A DNA stretch of 64,000 nucleotides, taken from Camelus dromedarius (Eukaryota). Positions within the stretch are counted from its first letter, which is position 1, and each line of letters begins with the position of its first letter. The notes beneath the pieces were generated by a model. The model searched no databases, was not told the DNA's origin, and was given only the letters and a program-made list of their open reading frames with translations. A program made the translations under genes and the position numbers. Shown here in pieces: positions 49,811 to 61,800 of the stretch. Where the stretch lies: NCBI RefSeq assembly GCF_036321535.1, contig NC_087436.1, forward strand, positions 117,988,001 through 118,052,000, written 5' to 3'.

Positions 49811-49913
49811 TTATTTTTATTTATGTATTTATTTTTTAATGGCGGTACCGGGGATTGAACCCAGGAACTTGTGCATGCTAGGCATGCACTCTCACTGAGT
49901 TATACCTTTCTCC
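49811..49913 (-). mobile_element. tRNA-derived SINE (camelid Vic-1-like)
   Basis: ggggattgaacccagg (B box antisense) ...ctgagttatacc (A box antisense), A-rich tail, TSD aaaggttactctt / aaagttactctt. Confidence 0.85.
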
Positions 49914-50825
49914 AAAAGTTACTCTTGAAATTACTATTTTTTTTAAATCACGAGGGATCATTTGCTATCTGAATGAGATGATTTTCAACGACAAACTGGC
50001 TGTGCAAACTATTCCTTATCTTGGTGTGCCACAAAACAGCCTCTATCATCTTTCTCTTTATAATGTGCAACGCTGCCAAGCAGAACATATTGAATGAGAG
50101 TGCAAGCAGACGGTATTTACTCTAAGTGAACCAGAATCAAGTTTGAAATGAAATAGGCTTAACAGAAACGCTAACAAAATCTGATCTAGCAGACTCTGAA
50201 AAACATTTTGGCACAGAAGATACCCTGCCTCGGAGAATTACATTAGCCTCTCCAGCATGATCGTGTTACATAAAATTAAAGGTTACAGCCGCTAGAGTTT
50301 ATAGCTCCAAATGCAAGTCTGGTGAATGCTCAATCATTCTCTGTGATGGGACCAGCAGCCCCAAGAATCTACTCACAAAAACTCAGGTCAGAAAAAGAAT
50401 CCCAGTTCTTCTTTCTGTGTCTGTATTTGGGATTTGAGACGTGACACAGAGTTATATACTCAATCCCTTGTCAGAGTCACAGGAGAACCCTTAAACCGTG
50501 ACATCTACGGTCTTTCCACGGTCAAACTTCTGGGAAAGCCAGATACACTCAGGGCAGAGAAGCAGATGGCTTTTATTTTCTTTATTTACTTTGCATTTGG
50601 TTAGAAGGCCATACAAAGCCTTACCGGTATGTGAACCAGGCGAGAGGCCAAGACCTGGAACTGGCTTTGTCCAGAACACAGTTGAAACCAAGTTCAACCT
50701 CTTCTGCAGGAGGTAGAAGAGGAGGGCACTTACTGCAGGATAATTCAGTCCAATTGTGCCAGTACCATGTGACCAATTCCTACAGCCATGAAGAGGCATG
50801 ACGAGGGTTTCTGGAGGCTCCCGCC

Positions 50826-51301
50826 TGCAACTGAGCAGGCCCCTGCGGGACCTTCCCAGGACAGGACCCTTCCCCCCATACCTCCCACTGCGGCAGCTCC
50901 CCATTAAACTTCCAGATAATAGTGTCTGATGTGTATTTCCTGAGTTTTTCAGATGCGAAAACCACCACCAAATGGAAGAAATTAACTACCTGATGATCAT
51001 GAGCGTGTAACCCTTAGACCTTCTGTTGTCTAAAGATTGATAATGTCACCCGCTCTGTCACCTCAGCGTCAACCCACCAGAGAATTGTGCACAGCTGATC
51101 ACAAGCCCTGGGGCACCCCTCCCTCACTTGGCCCTTAAAAATGCTTTGCTGAAACCCTTTGGGGAGTTCAGGGGTTTTTGTGCACAAGCCAACATTCTCC
51201 TTGCTCGGCCCTGCAGTAAACCTTTCTTTGCTCCAAACTCCGACGTTTCAGTTTGTTTGGCCTCACTGTGTGTCAGGCACCCAAACTTGTGTTTGGTAAC
51301 A
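50826..51301 (+). mobile_element. ERV1-class solo LTR
   Basis: TG...ggtaaCA termini, 4-bp flanks cgcc/cacc, TATA-like cttaaaaa ~51134, AGTAAA ~51215. Confidence 0.8.
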
Positions 51302-52189
51302 CACCCTCAGCCATCCGCTAGGGAGACCAGATTGGGAAATGGCGGGTATCCCCTTGTCATCCCTCCTCCCTCTCTACACCTGGAGAGCTTCCTGGCTGAA
51401 AATGCACCTTGGCAGGGAAAGCAGCCCCGGGGAGGGTGATAGATTAAATGTGTGACCCTGCCCCCCTGACCAAAGAGGCCCTCCCTCAGGCACCAGTAGG
51501 AAAATAGGGTTCCCATCTGTCTTTTTTTGGCAGTGGACGTCTGATTACAAATTCCAGTGAAGTGTCCTCTGTCTCAAGCTTCCTGAACAACATCTAGAAA
51601 GTCTCCTTCTGTAAAGGGTATTTTATGGAGCTGTAAGTAGGAACAGTTAAGAACTGAGCCCTCTATGTGAAATGAGAACTTACACTTGTACTTAGCTTTT
51701 AAGCCTATGTACTAGATGTTATTCTTAATTATGCATATAGATTCACTTACATCTCTCATAAATCTAGAGCTATATATATCACAGAATCCTTGGGAACAAT
51801 GACGACGTTATGTGGATGACTAGACACAGAGAACCATCATAAAGGCCCAGGGTGCCTGGGGCAGCCTTTTATCATACAAGCTGGTGGTGGTGTGCTTTTT
51901 ACGAATTGGTCTCCTTAGTGCTCCAAGCCCAGCATCTGATACAAAACACAAGCTCAGGGCATGATAACCAAAGGACTAAACAACAGCAAGGGAGCCTTTT
52001 GCCAGAAGCAGTTCGAACATCATTTCTAACTAGCTTTCTATCAGGCCCACTTCTTGTGTTGTCCTCACGGCCAGTAATAAACATGGATCGATCGCTACCA
52101 ATCTGCCAGGTGCTGCACTGCTCGCTGTCCCCACATAAGCTTGCTTAATCCTCACATCTGCCCTCCGACGCAGGTATTCTGTTTGCTGC

Positions 52190-53050
52190 CGTAGATCACC
52201 TTCTGCTCCTCAGGTGCCTCCTCCACGTGGCTCCCAGCATGTTGCAGACTTCTGGTTTCCTCTTCTGCGCTGGTGACTGCCACTCCATCTCTCCAGTCCC
52301 TTTTGGTTGGAGGCCCTGGGGTTTGATTCTGGTGTCTCCTTCTTCCTTGGCATCTCCAAGATGATCTCCTCCAATTCCAGGGCTTTAAACGTTATTTATA
52401 CCCTCAGGATTCCCAAATTTACATTTCCAGTCTCAACTTCTCCCCTAAACCCCAGACACATCCGTCTGGTAAACGGCCACAGCAGACACGTCCCAAACAG
52501 GACTGCAGATCTCCCCGCTTCCCCTCCCATCCCTCCTGCTACCTTCCACCCCCCAGGGCAGGGATCCATCCCGCCCACAGTTTTCCCCAACTTGGTTGAA
52601 GTCAACTTTTCCCTTCCAGTTGTTCAAGCCCAAACCTCAAAGGCATCCTTGACTCTTCTTTTCCTTTCCTTTAACCAACGTGCCAGGAAATCCCATGAAA
52701 TCTACCGCTGAAATATGTCCAGGACCTGACCAGTTCTTCCTGCCACCTGTGCCCTGCTGAGTCCGCACCACCGCCATCGCTTGCCTGATTATTGCGATAG
52801 CCCCAAACCAGTGTTCCTGCTCGCACTTTGTCTTGCTTCAGTTTATTCTCAACAGAGTGACAGGGATCCTCTTAAAACATGCAGTCATGCCACTGCTCGG
52901 TTCAAAGCCCTCCAGTGTGTCCCCATTCATTCAGGTTAAAGCCCCGAGGCTTTGCAGTCGCCCCCCAGGCCCTGCCCGAGAGAGCTCACCGCCCGTCTCT
53001 GCTTCGCCTGCTCCATACTCACTTCCTCTCGCGTTCTCCTGTCTCCATGG
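52190..53050 (+). mobile_element. L2 fragment (degenerate RT-region DNA)
   Basis: cccaaatttacatttccagtctcaacttctcccctaaaccccagac...gcatccttgactcttc...gtcatgccactgctc. Confidence 0.75.
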
Positions 53051-53482
53051 CCCCGCGCAGCTCTGAGCAAGCCCGCTGCGCTGGGCTGCCGTGCCAGCTG
53101 CCCCTGCTGCCTGTGGGGCTTTCGCCCCAGGCGTCCGGGCGGCCAACTCCCCCGCTGCCTCCGCATTCTGCTCTGATGTCTGCCCAGTGAGGCTTCCCTG
53201 ACTTCCCCGCTTGAAAGTTTAGACGCCTGATTGGTGGCAATGGAGAAGGAGTTCTGTTTGTGTTTCCCACCCAAACCTCCATTTCTACTCATCTGCAACC
53301 ATCTCATTCATCATTTTGTCAGTAAATAATTGTGAGCATCAGCTCTGTACTGAACAAGACCTTGGGGCACACAGATCCCGGCACACAGACCCCAGCACAC
53401 AGACCTAGGGTAGAAGGAGGGAGCAGCGCCACGTGATGGGTCCACGCATGCCTGGAGGGAGACGGTTTTGCTACTGAGTAAC

Positions 53483-53919
53483 TGCGATGGTTGAAGGGTG
53501 GCCCGCAGTAAGATACATCCAAGTTCTAACCCTGGCCAGAAACTGAATGTGATCTTATTTGGAAAAAAGAGTCTTTGCAGGTGGTTAAGGATCTTGAGAT
53601 GAGATCATCCTGGGTTGTACAGGTGGGTCCTAATCCAATGAGTGTCCTTACAAGAGACAGAGGAGGAGGTGACATGGGGAGACAGAAGGCCACGTGAAGA
53701 CGGTAGCAGGGACTGAATTTCTTCAGCCCTATGACAAGGAATGGCCAGAAGCTGGAAGAGGTCTGGAACTGATCCTTCAAAGCCTCCAGAGGGAATCCCT
53801 ACTGCAGACACCTTCATTTTGGACTCCTGGCCTCCAGAACAGTGAGAAAATATATTCCTGTTGCTTTAAACCACCAAGTTCATGATAAATTATTACAGCA
53901 GCCAGAGGAACCTGATATA
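53483..53919 (+). mobile_element. MaLR LTR (MLT1B/C-like)
   Basis: gaatgtgatcttatttggaaa...gggtcctaatccaatgagtgtcctta...tggcctccagaacagtgagaaaata. Confidence 0.85.
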
Positions 53920-54670
53920 ACCATGGTGACATTAAGGACAAGCCATTTGACCCTCTGAGCCTTTTTCTCTCCATCTGTAAAATGGGGATGATCACAGTAA
54001 TGTAGTGATGAACTGTGAAACCCACCTTACAAAATCAGGTGTGGTTCAGCGTCCACAGATTTTTTTTTCAAAATGAAGATATTTATCATTGTTTTTACTG
54101 AGTACTAAAATAATATGTAGAATAATACAAAAATACTTCAAAAATAAAATAAAAATGATCTGAATTTCACAATGACAGAAATAGCCACTGTTCCCTATGT
54201 CCTTTCTTACAGATCTAATACATATGTTTAATTTGTGGATTTAAATCTTCACCCCTTTGCAAACATTTGGCCTTGGCTTAGCCATCCTATGCTTTTGTCT
54301 CCCTTAGTACAGGGGTGATGGTCATGCCCACCAGCCAGGTTGCTTGTGAGGTTTGATCCATGAAAAGCACTTGAAATAACAGGCCAAGCGCAATATCTGT
54401 AAATGGGGAAAGGATGAGGGAAGGGGTTGCCTGGAGGGTCCTGCCTCTTGCAAAAGTGCTGGCCCAGAGCCTGGCACACAGAGTGCCCACCTACGCACGC
54501 GCGTGCGCCGACCCCTGTACTGGGTCACTGTGCTCCAAAGACCTGCAGCAGCCCTGGCTTCTGCAGGCGCCCTTTTCTCTCCTCCTTGGGACTTTGCCCA
54601 GCTGTCCCTGGCTGATTTCGCCTCGGCTCATGCACCATCTCTCTCCAGGGCATTTCGTTGAGCGTGGTTC

Positions 54671-55162
54671 TATAATAGGGAAGAACAAGTCTGACTCCAT
54701 ATTGAATCTGTTTCTTTTACACTTACCTTTGTATTCTGTTGCTTTTGCTGCAAGTTAAGAATGTTGCTTAGAACCTGGAATATACAGGACAGCCCATTCT
54801 CAAAGCTCCGCCCTTTAAAGGTATTGCACTTTCCCATTCATATAGACAGAAGAAGTTGCGGGGCAGAGAATAACACTTGCCTTGCTGGAGGTTATAGGAA
54901 CATGACCCGACCTACTGGACAGTGGCAAAAGCAAAGGGTTCTGGCACCAAGAAGTTTGCAGCAACCAGTCACACCCCCGCCCCTTTTAATATAAAAGAAG
55001 CTGAATCGTAACTTGGAGAAGATGGTTCTTTGGGACACTAGTCCACCATCTTCTGGGTTGGCTGGCTTTCCCAATAACGTCCTTATTTCTTGCCCCAACA
55101 ACTCATCTTTCAACTTATTGGCCTGTTGTGCAGCGAGCATTACCATCTTGGACTTGGTAACA
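54671..55162 (+). mobile_element. ERV1 solo LTR (MER41-like)
   Basis: Perfect 4-bp TSD gttc; starts ...gggaagaacaagtctgactccatattg, TATAAAA near 54990, ends ggtaaca. Confidence 0.85.
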
Positions 55163-55559
55163 GTTCAGGGGCCTTCCTCACACCTCTGCTTACTCTCCCA
55201 CCCCCAATCAAAGTGTGACCCACTCTGTGAATATTGCCTTTGTCCTGTACCAGCCTTCTAAACATCAACTTTGTGAAAGTTGACTCTGACTTACTCATAG
55301 TTGGGTCCATCTCCAGCACCCAGCTCAGAGCCTGGTCCACCGTAAGTATTCAGGAAGTGGTTGTTTGAGAAAGGAGGAAGGGAAGGAACAAATGCTTGTG
55401 ACTGCTTTCTGGGGTACCCTGTGCTGTTCCTGACTCAGGACTGGGACAAGTGCCTCCTGTGTTCCCATACCCTCCTGGGATCCCTTCAACACAGCACAAA
55501 TCACACTCATAGTCTTTGTATGCAGGACTGTTAATTTAATATATGTATTCATCAGCTCT

Positions 55560-55960
55560 TTCTGTGATGATGCTGTGAAACAATCCACCCCCTGCCCCCA
55601 AATCTCAGTGGCTTACACGAACCCATATTTTTCTTGCTTATGAACTTGTAGCTCTACTTAGGGATACAGGTGGGTTTAGGTGTACTCCTTGGGTCTCTCA
55701 CTCTAGGAACAGAGGCTACTGAGGGCCAGCTCTTCTCATGGTAGACAGCAAAAGGACGAGAGAGCTGAAACACGTGTCATCTTAAGGCTGTCACGTGGCA
55801 CGTTGTATATCACCTCCTCCCATGGACCATTGGCCAAAGTAAAACTTATGGCAAGTTCCACATTGATCGTGGGAAAGTAGGAGATGCCCCCTCATCTCAG
55901 TGAGCCATGTTGAGGACAGGGGGAGAAGGAAGAATTGTGAGCAAATAGTACAATTTACAC
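55560..55960 (-). mobile_element. Old MaLR LTR (MLT1)
   Basis: aaatctcagtggcttac...cattggccaaagtaaaac. Confidence 0.6.
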
Positions 55961-55989
55961 CATAGCTCATTACTCAGGATGATAAATAA

Positions 55990-56190
55990 CAGCTGTGTTG
56001 TGCTTATTATGTTCCAGGCACCAACATCAATTGGTTTGTTCCTCATAACGACCCAAGAGGGAGAAATACTATTATTATCCCCATTTTACAGATGGACAAA
56101 CTGAGGCCAACAGAGGTTAAGCTTGCCAGGGAGTGGCAAAGTGGCATGAAATCTGGGCAGAACAGGGCCTAGCACTCACAGCTCTCACCA
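55990..56190 (-). mobile_element. MIR SINE
   Basis: attattatccccattttacagatggacaaactgaggcc. Confidence 0.75.
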
Positions 56191-56400
56191 TCCCTTCTCC
56201 TGCCTCTTGATCTAAGGGCTGTGTCTCCTTTATCTTGGTTCAGTACCTTGCCTGCTGTAGACTGGCCACCCAGTCAATGCTGTGTGCAGACTGGAAAGCA
56301 AGGAGTATTTATTGATCATTTGTTCTCTGCCAGGCACTGTTGCCCGCTTTTATAAATACTATTTGATATAATCCTTATAGCAATGCTGAGGAGTTAATAT

Positions 56401-56938
56401 TGTTACTGAGTCCAAACTCGTTCTGCTCGCAGCACAACAGGCCAATAAATCAGGAGACGAGGGGCTGGGGCAAGGAATAGTGACTTTATTCGTAAAGCTG
56501 GCAGACTGAGAAAATGGCAGACTAATGCCTTGGAGAACCATCTTCCCCAAGTCAGAATTTAGGCTCCTTTTATACTAAAAAGGGGAACGGGTGTGGTTGG
56601 TTGGTGCAAACTTCTTAGTGTAGGAATTCTTTGCTCTTAGAATCCTTTGTTCTTGCAGCTGTCTATGTGGGTCAGGTCATGCTGCCCCTGTAAAACCTCT
56701 AACAAAACAAACGTTATTTTCTATTCTGCAACTTATTATCTTTATATAAGTGCAAAGGTGTTAATAACCTTAAAGGTCAGAGCCTTGAGAAGGGGCTCTC
56801 CTGCATATTTCAGGCTAAAGGTAACATTCTTGTACAAAAGGTGCAGAACCAGCAAGGGGAAGCCTAGAAAACAGGGCACAGGGTTAAAGCCAAAGGAACA
56901 GATCTAATATGGAGTCAGATTTGTTCTTTTCTGTTACA
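56401..56938 (-). mobile_element. ERV1 solo LTR (MER41-like), related to 54671-55162
   Basis: tgttac...gttaca termini, flanks atat/gtat; reverse complement shares gaacaaatctgactccatatt and the 3' ggcctgttgtgc...ggactcagtaaca end with the + copy. Confidence 0.85.
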
Positions 56939-57267
56939 GTATCAACCTCCCCATTCAACAGATGAGAACTCCGGGGCGGGACACACGTAGCCTGTAAGTG
57001 GTAGAACCAGTTCTGTTAATGAGGCTTGTCTGACTCCTGCTAGGACTCAAACTGAGGCCTAGCAATTTGAAACTTCAGCTGGATGGGGCTGGCTCCATCT
57101 TCTCAACTTCTTCCAGCTGTCTCTGGGAGCTTTCTTGCTGTGTTAGAGACATCCCTCCCATCAACCCTGCCCCCCCGGGGGGGGGAATTTAGGGGTGGGG
57201 CAGACACGATGGGGACATAAAAAGGAACACCAATTTCTATCAAAGCACTGCCAGTGGCTTAAGGTGC

Positions 57268-57281
57268 CCAGCAGGTGGCAG
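57268..57281 (+). promoter_or_regulatory. CTCF motif upstream of STK32B
   Basis: CCAGCAGGTGGCAG at the edge of a CpG-rich patch (57290-57600). Confidence 0.55.
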
Positions 57282-58519
57282 GATGTGGCCAAAGATTTTC
57301 CCGTAGCGTGGCGCGCAGGGCGGGGAGGCCTGCACGGCGCGGGTAACCTGCGTTTCCCTTAGGGAGCGCCCTCTGAGAGTCCACGCCTGCCCCACGAGAC
57401 TCGGGGCGCCCCCATCGCTTCCCCGTCCTTAGCATACCTGTCCCTGGACTAGGGTCCCCAGCTCCTGCCGCCAGGGCCTCAAGGACCCGGATGCGAACCG
57501 CCTTTTTATCAGACTCAGGCCACTTGGCTCAATTTTGGGGGAATCCCGCAGCCCACGCACAACCGCTCGCACGGAGGGGTTTTGAGCAAACCACGCCCCC
57601 TTTGAAACTCAGTTTCCCCGGTAGAATGAAGAGGTCAGATTGAGTCCAAAAGGGTCTAGACTCTTGCTCATTAAACATTTAGAAAAACACTGCGAAGAAA
57701 AGCTTCTGTTGCAGAACTGGCGGACACAGCACTGCTCGGGTCTCAGCCCGAGTAGGCAAAGAAAGCCCATGGGGACTGAGGGGGCTCCTTTCGCAGCCAC
57801 GACAGACCACCTACTGACCGAACGGCTCCTTTACCCCTGAACCTCAGTCTACCTGACTCGAAAATGGACAACAATGATTTTTCTAACTATCGGGTTGTTG
57901 AGCGGTAACTTGGGATCGTGCTTATAAAGTGCTTAGCTGGGGACCAGCACGTAGTAGAGGCTCACGATGCTCACTTTGTGCCTGGACGGAGCACCCCGAC
58001 TCCTCTGGGCTGACCCTGCACGCAGATTGGGTGGGTGCGGGGGGGAGGTGGCGGCCCGCGCCCTCTCCTCCTGGCGACCCCTAGTGCTGCGCTCGCCGGA
58101 TGCGCCCTTCTCTTCCAGGCTGCCCCCGGCTCCCAGCGGCGCTTCGCCCGCGCGCCCCCTCCTTTTCCCTCCTTCCCCTCCTGCTCCTGCTCCTCCTACT
58201 CCCGCGCCGCCTCCGATCTCCCGCCCGCCGCAGCTGGCGAGGAGCGCGGCTCGGTGGCCCGGGCGCGGGGCGCGGCGGACGAGCGAGCGCGGCGGGGGCG
58301 CGGCGGGCGCCGCGGGAGAGCGCCGCCCGGGAGGAGGGGGCGCGGCGGGCGCGGTTCCCGCCCCTGCGCGGCGCTCGGCTCCCTCCCGCTCGGCGCGCCG
58401 CTGCAGCCTGGGCTGGGCGCTCGCCTCGCATCCCGCGACCGCACCCCGCACCCCGCACCCCGCGTCCCGGCCGCCGGGCATGTGGTAGCGGCAGCAGCGG
58501 GCAGCCGCCCCGGCGGAAT

Positions 58520-58571
58520 ATGGGCGGGAACCACTCCCACAAGCCCCCGGTGTTTGACGAGAATGAGGAAG
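58520..58571 (+). CDS. STK32B: Serine/threonine kinase 32B (YANK2), coding exon 1 (MGGNHSHKPPVFDENEE + G); the rest lies beyond the window
   Basis: Peptide matches the known STK32B N-terminus; aatATGG Kozak; donor G|gtaaga at 58572; MGxxxS myristoylation motif; synteny with CYTL1. Confidence 0.95.
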
Positions 58572-58866
58572 GTAAGAGGGCGAGGGGCGCCCGCCCCGCG
58601 CCGCCCCCTTGGGCATCGGCCGGACATCCCTCCTTCCATCACCCTTGGCCGAGCGCCGGGCTTCTACCCAACTCCTCCGTGTCGGTCCCCTTGGGGGCGG
58701 GGACGGTGCTGGGCGCGGGCCCGGGCGGCGGATTCCGAGAGGAGACTGAATCCGAAGGCTTCACTTGGGGGAGCAGGAGGGATGAGTTACTTCAGAGGCG
58801 AGTTTGGATGTTGCTCGGGCTCCGAGGAAGCCGAGGTCTCCTTCAGAGCCCGGACTGAAGGAGGCT

Positions 58867-58894
58867 GCGTGCGTGCGTGCGTGTGTGTGTGTGT
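58867..58894. repeat. (CGTG)n(TG)n microsatellite
   Basis: read directly. Confidence 0.9.
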
Positions 58895-59992
58895 ACACTA
58901 TGCATTGGGCTCGTGCTCGGGCAGGTTCCATGCTGCTGTCCTCAGTCGCCCAGGGCGGCCTCAGGAAACTTTTCTTGGTTAAACTCTGTGGCTGGGCGGA
59001 AGGCGTCCCGCGGCTGGCAGCCTCCCAGGTGGAGGAGTGGTGCAGGCGGGCCAACCTCATCAGAACTCCAGAGCTGGGGTTCCTGGTTGCTCAGGTCGGT
59101 AGAGCTCATTATTTGAACTAGCAGAATCCCTTTTCCAGCGCTGTGTGTCTGTGGGCAGCTTACTTAAACTCTCTGAAACCTCTATTTCTTCACCCAGGAG
59201 ATGAGACGTGTGATACCACCTACTGCCTTAGTAACCGCTGGTAATTCATGCGAGAAGTGCCTTGTAAATATAATCAGTACAGAGCTCCGCACAGAGTGTT
59301 ACCTGTTAACTCCTTGCCTCGAAAAGCTCTGTTTCCTATTGCACTGGTTTCTCCAGCCTCTGCTGTGCCCCAGACAAGAGCTGGGACTACTGAGCGTATT
59401 CCAGGTACCATGCACCATTCTAGGGCTTTGTCTGTGGTCATCTGTGAGGTTGGTACTTTCGTTATTCCTTTTTACAGTTGGAGAAAGGGATGTGCTCTGG
59501 TTGGAGCTGGCTTTGAGGCTGGACAGTCTGCCCTGAAGGCAGTGCTTTCTGTGCCCAGGCATAGGTTTGTGGGCACAGATCATGGTCTCTAGATCTACCA
59601 AGGCTGAGGGTGATAGTCAGATGCTTATCCCAGCAGTCCCTCTCAAAAGACACCTGAATACAGTCAATGTAATTCAATAAGCCAGGCCCATTTGGTCCTT
59701 TCTTAAAGGAGCTCCTAGTCTAGTGGCACTGAATCACCAGGGACCATTCGTGGTGATAAGGGCAGTGACGGGGGCCAGTGCAGGGACCTGGGGACGCAAG
59801 GAGGGCTGAGCCCTTCCTGGTTGTTTAGTCTGGAGCACAGGCAGGTGGAGAGCCAGGAGAGGACAGAGAAGAGGTAGACGGGTGGTGGAGGCTCCTGTGT
59901 GTCACAGGATGCATTTGGACACCATGTAGCTGAACTCTTCCCCAGCCAAGTTCACAGTGATCCTGAACTGCTCTCTGGAAATCAGAGTTATC

Positions 59993-60148
59993 TTTTTTTT
60001 TTTTAATTACTATTTTATTTTTCTTTTGTGCAGGGAGGATAATTAGGTTTATTTATTTATTATTTATTTTTAATGGAAGAACTGGGTATTGAACCCAGGA
60101 CCTTGTGCATGTTAAACACACGTTCTCCCATTGAGCTATACCCTCCCC
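59993..60148 (-). mobile_element. tRNA-derived SINE (camelid Vic-1-like)
   Basis: gggtattgaacccaggaccttgtgcatg...tgagctataccctcccc; taattaggttt tail segment; TSD tcagagttatctt / tcaaagtgatctt. Confidence 0.85.
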
Positions 60149-60392
60149 TTCAAAGTGATCTTGACAGTGAAATCAGTATTCAGATGTGTGCTCTGCTATG
60201 GGATGGTCTTCTTGGGGTGGATGTAGGACAGGCTTGGCCCTTTTGAAGCACTTCTGTCCTGTGCGGTTACATTCCAAGTTGCTCAGACCCTATGAGAAGA
60301 TACACTCATTGACAGATGGAGAGGAGGACCTGGCCAGAAATTCTCTGTTCTCAGCAAGTCAAAGGTTTCCTGTCTACTCTGGGGAAGGGATG

Positions 60393-60810
60393 TATATTAG
60401 TCTGCTCGGGCTGTTGTAACAAGATACCACAGATGCGTAAAAAGCAGAGTTTGTTGCTGGTGGGGGCTTAGACAACAGAAATGTATTTTCTCCCTGTTTT
60501 GGAGGCTGAAAGTCCAAGAGCAAAGTGTCAGCAGGGTTGAGTTCTGGTGAGAACCCCCTTCCTGGCTGGCAGACAGCCCCTTCTCCTTGGGTCCTCCCAT
60601 GGCCTTTCCCCTGTGCACTGGAGGAGACAGAGCTCTGCTGACTCTTCCTCTTTTTATAAGAACATCAGTCCCATAGGATTAGGGCCCCATCCTTATGACC
60701 TTGGTGACCATGAATTATCTCCTTAAAAGCCCTGTCTCCAAATATAGTCATGTTGGAGGTTGGAGTTCCGATATCTGAAGTTTGGAGGGGACGCAGTTCA
60801 GCCCGTAACA
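60393..60810 (-). mobile_element. MaLR LTR (MLT1A-like)
   Basis: attagtctgctcgggctgttgtaacaagataccacag...ggattagggccccatccttatgacc...cagttcagcccgtaaca. Confidence 0.85.
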
Positions 60811-61279
60811 GGATTCTTTGATGAAAGCCGGGGACTCCTTTCCCAGAAGAAAGCACAAACGTATATACCAGCCCCAGTGTTAGAGGTTCATGGTACCAGC
60901 CTGGGTCAAAGGTCATCCTTTAGGTAACTTTCTTAGCATCTTTGTCTTGAATTTGCAGAGGAAATTTGCCTCCCTTGTATCGACAATGGTCTCGATCCTT
61001 CATCCCAGGATACACACTTTCACATATTTATTGGCAATATAGTTATATCTGGCGTAGCCAACCTTTTGATTTTCTGCTGTTGTTCCTCATTCCAAGAGTG
61101 GTCAGGCTCAAGGTCAACTACCTGTTTTGGGGCGGGTTGAAATACCAGGTTAGGACTCCCATTTTGCCGGCTTCCAGCTCAGTGAAACATTAACTTGTTT
61201 GATTTTTGCCAGCATCTTTCTCAATACCGGTGCAAGTAAAACACTGCTATTTGCTGCCAACTGATTCGTTGATTTCGTA

Positions 61280-61800
61280 GGTGTTGACTGATCATCCTTT
61301 CTGCACCCACCCCTGTGCAGCAGGGATACAGAGAGGATGAAGGTAAAGCTCTAACCCTCAGGGAGCTCACAGAGCAGATAGCCAGCCAAGACAGTGCAGT
61401 GAACTTGGGCGACTGGCATCCTGCATCCTAGAGGAGGGGCCCTAACCCAGGGGCAGAGATGAGGGTCTGAGAAGTCTTTCTTTTAGACTAGGTCTTGTAG
61501 AAATGGTAAGAGTTCCCAGGAAGGAGACGTCAGTAGAAGCGGAAGGGTGTTTTGAGGGGGGGGGAACAGAATGTGCAAAGACAGATGGTAAAGAGTCATC
61601 ATGACTCACTGCGGAGATCGTAGGGGCTTGAGTACTCCTACAGTGTGGAGTGTAAGGCTGGAAGTCACAGGAGATGAACACTGAGTGCTGGGCCGTCCTG
61701 AAAGGGCCCAGTGGCCATGTGTTTGGACTTGACTTTATAGGCATCTGTAATCACTGAAGGATTTTAAGCAGGGCAGTGACATGGTCCAGTGAAAGAACTC
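61280..61800 (-). mobile_element. L2 fragment
   Basis: ccctcagggagctcacag...gaacagaatgtgcaaagac...cactgaaggattttaagcagggcagtgacatg. Confidence 0.7.

Larger units (their letters stand above)
57950..58900 (+). promoter_or_regulatory. STK32B: STK32B CpG-island promoter / 5'UTR
   Basis: Very GC/CpG-rich, multiple GC boxes, surrounds the first coding exon. Confidence 0.9.

Noticed and set aside
49845..49910. tRNA gene (A/B-box-like sequence; also ~60085-60148)
   Set aside because: A-rich tails and TSDs show these are SINEs, not tRNAs
57933..58982. Long ORFs on both strands (315, 227, 173, 153, 148 aa) over the STK32B CpG island
   Set aside because: Ala/Arg/Pro/Gly-rich products of stop-poor GC-rich DNA; only the 52-nt exon matches a known protein
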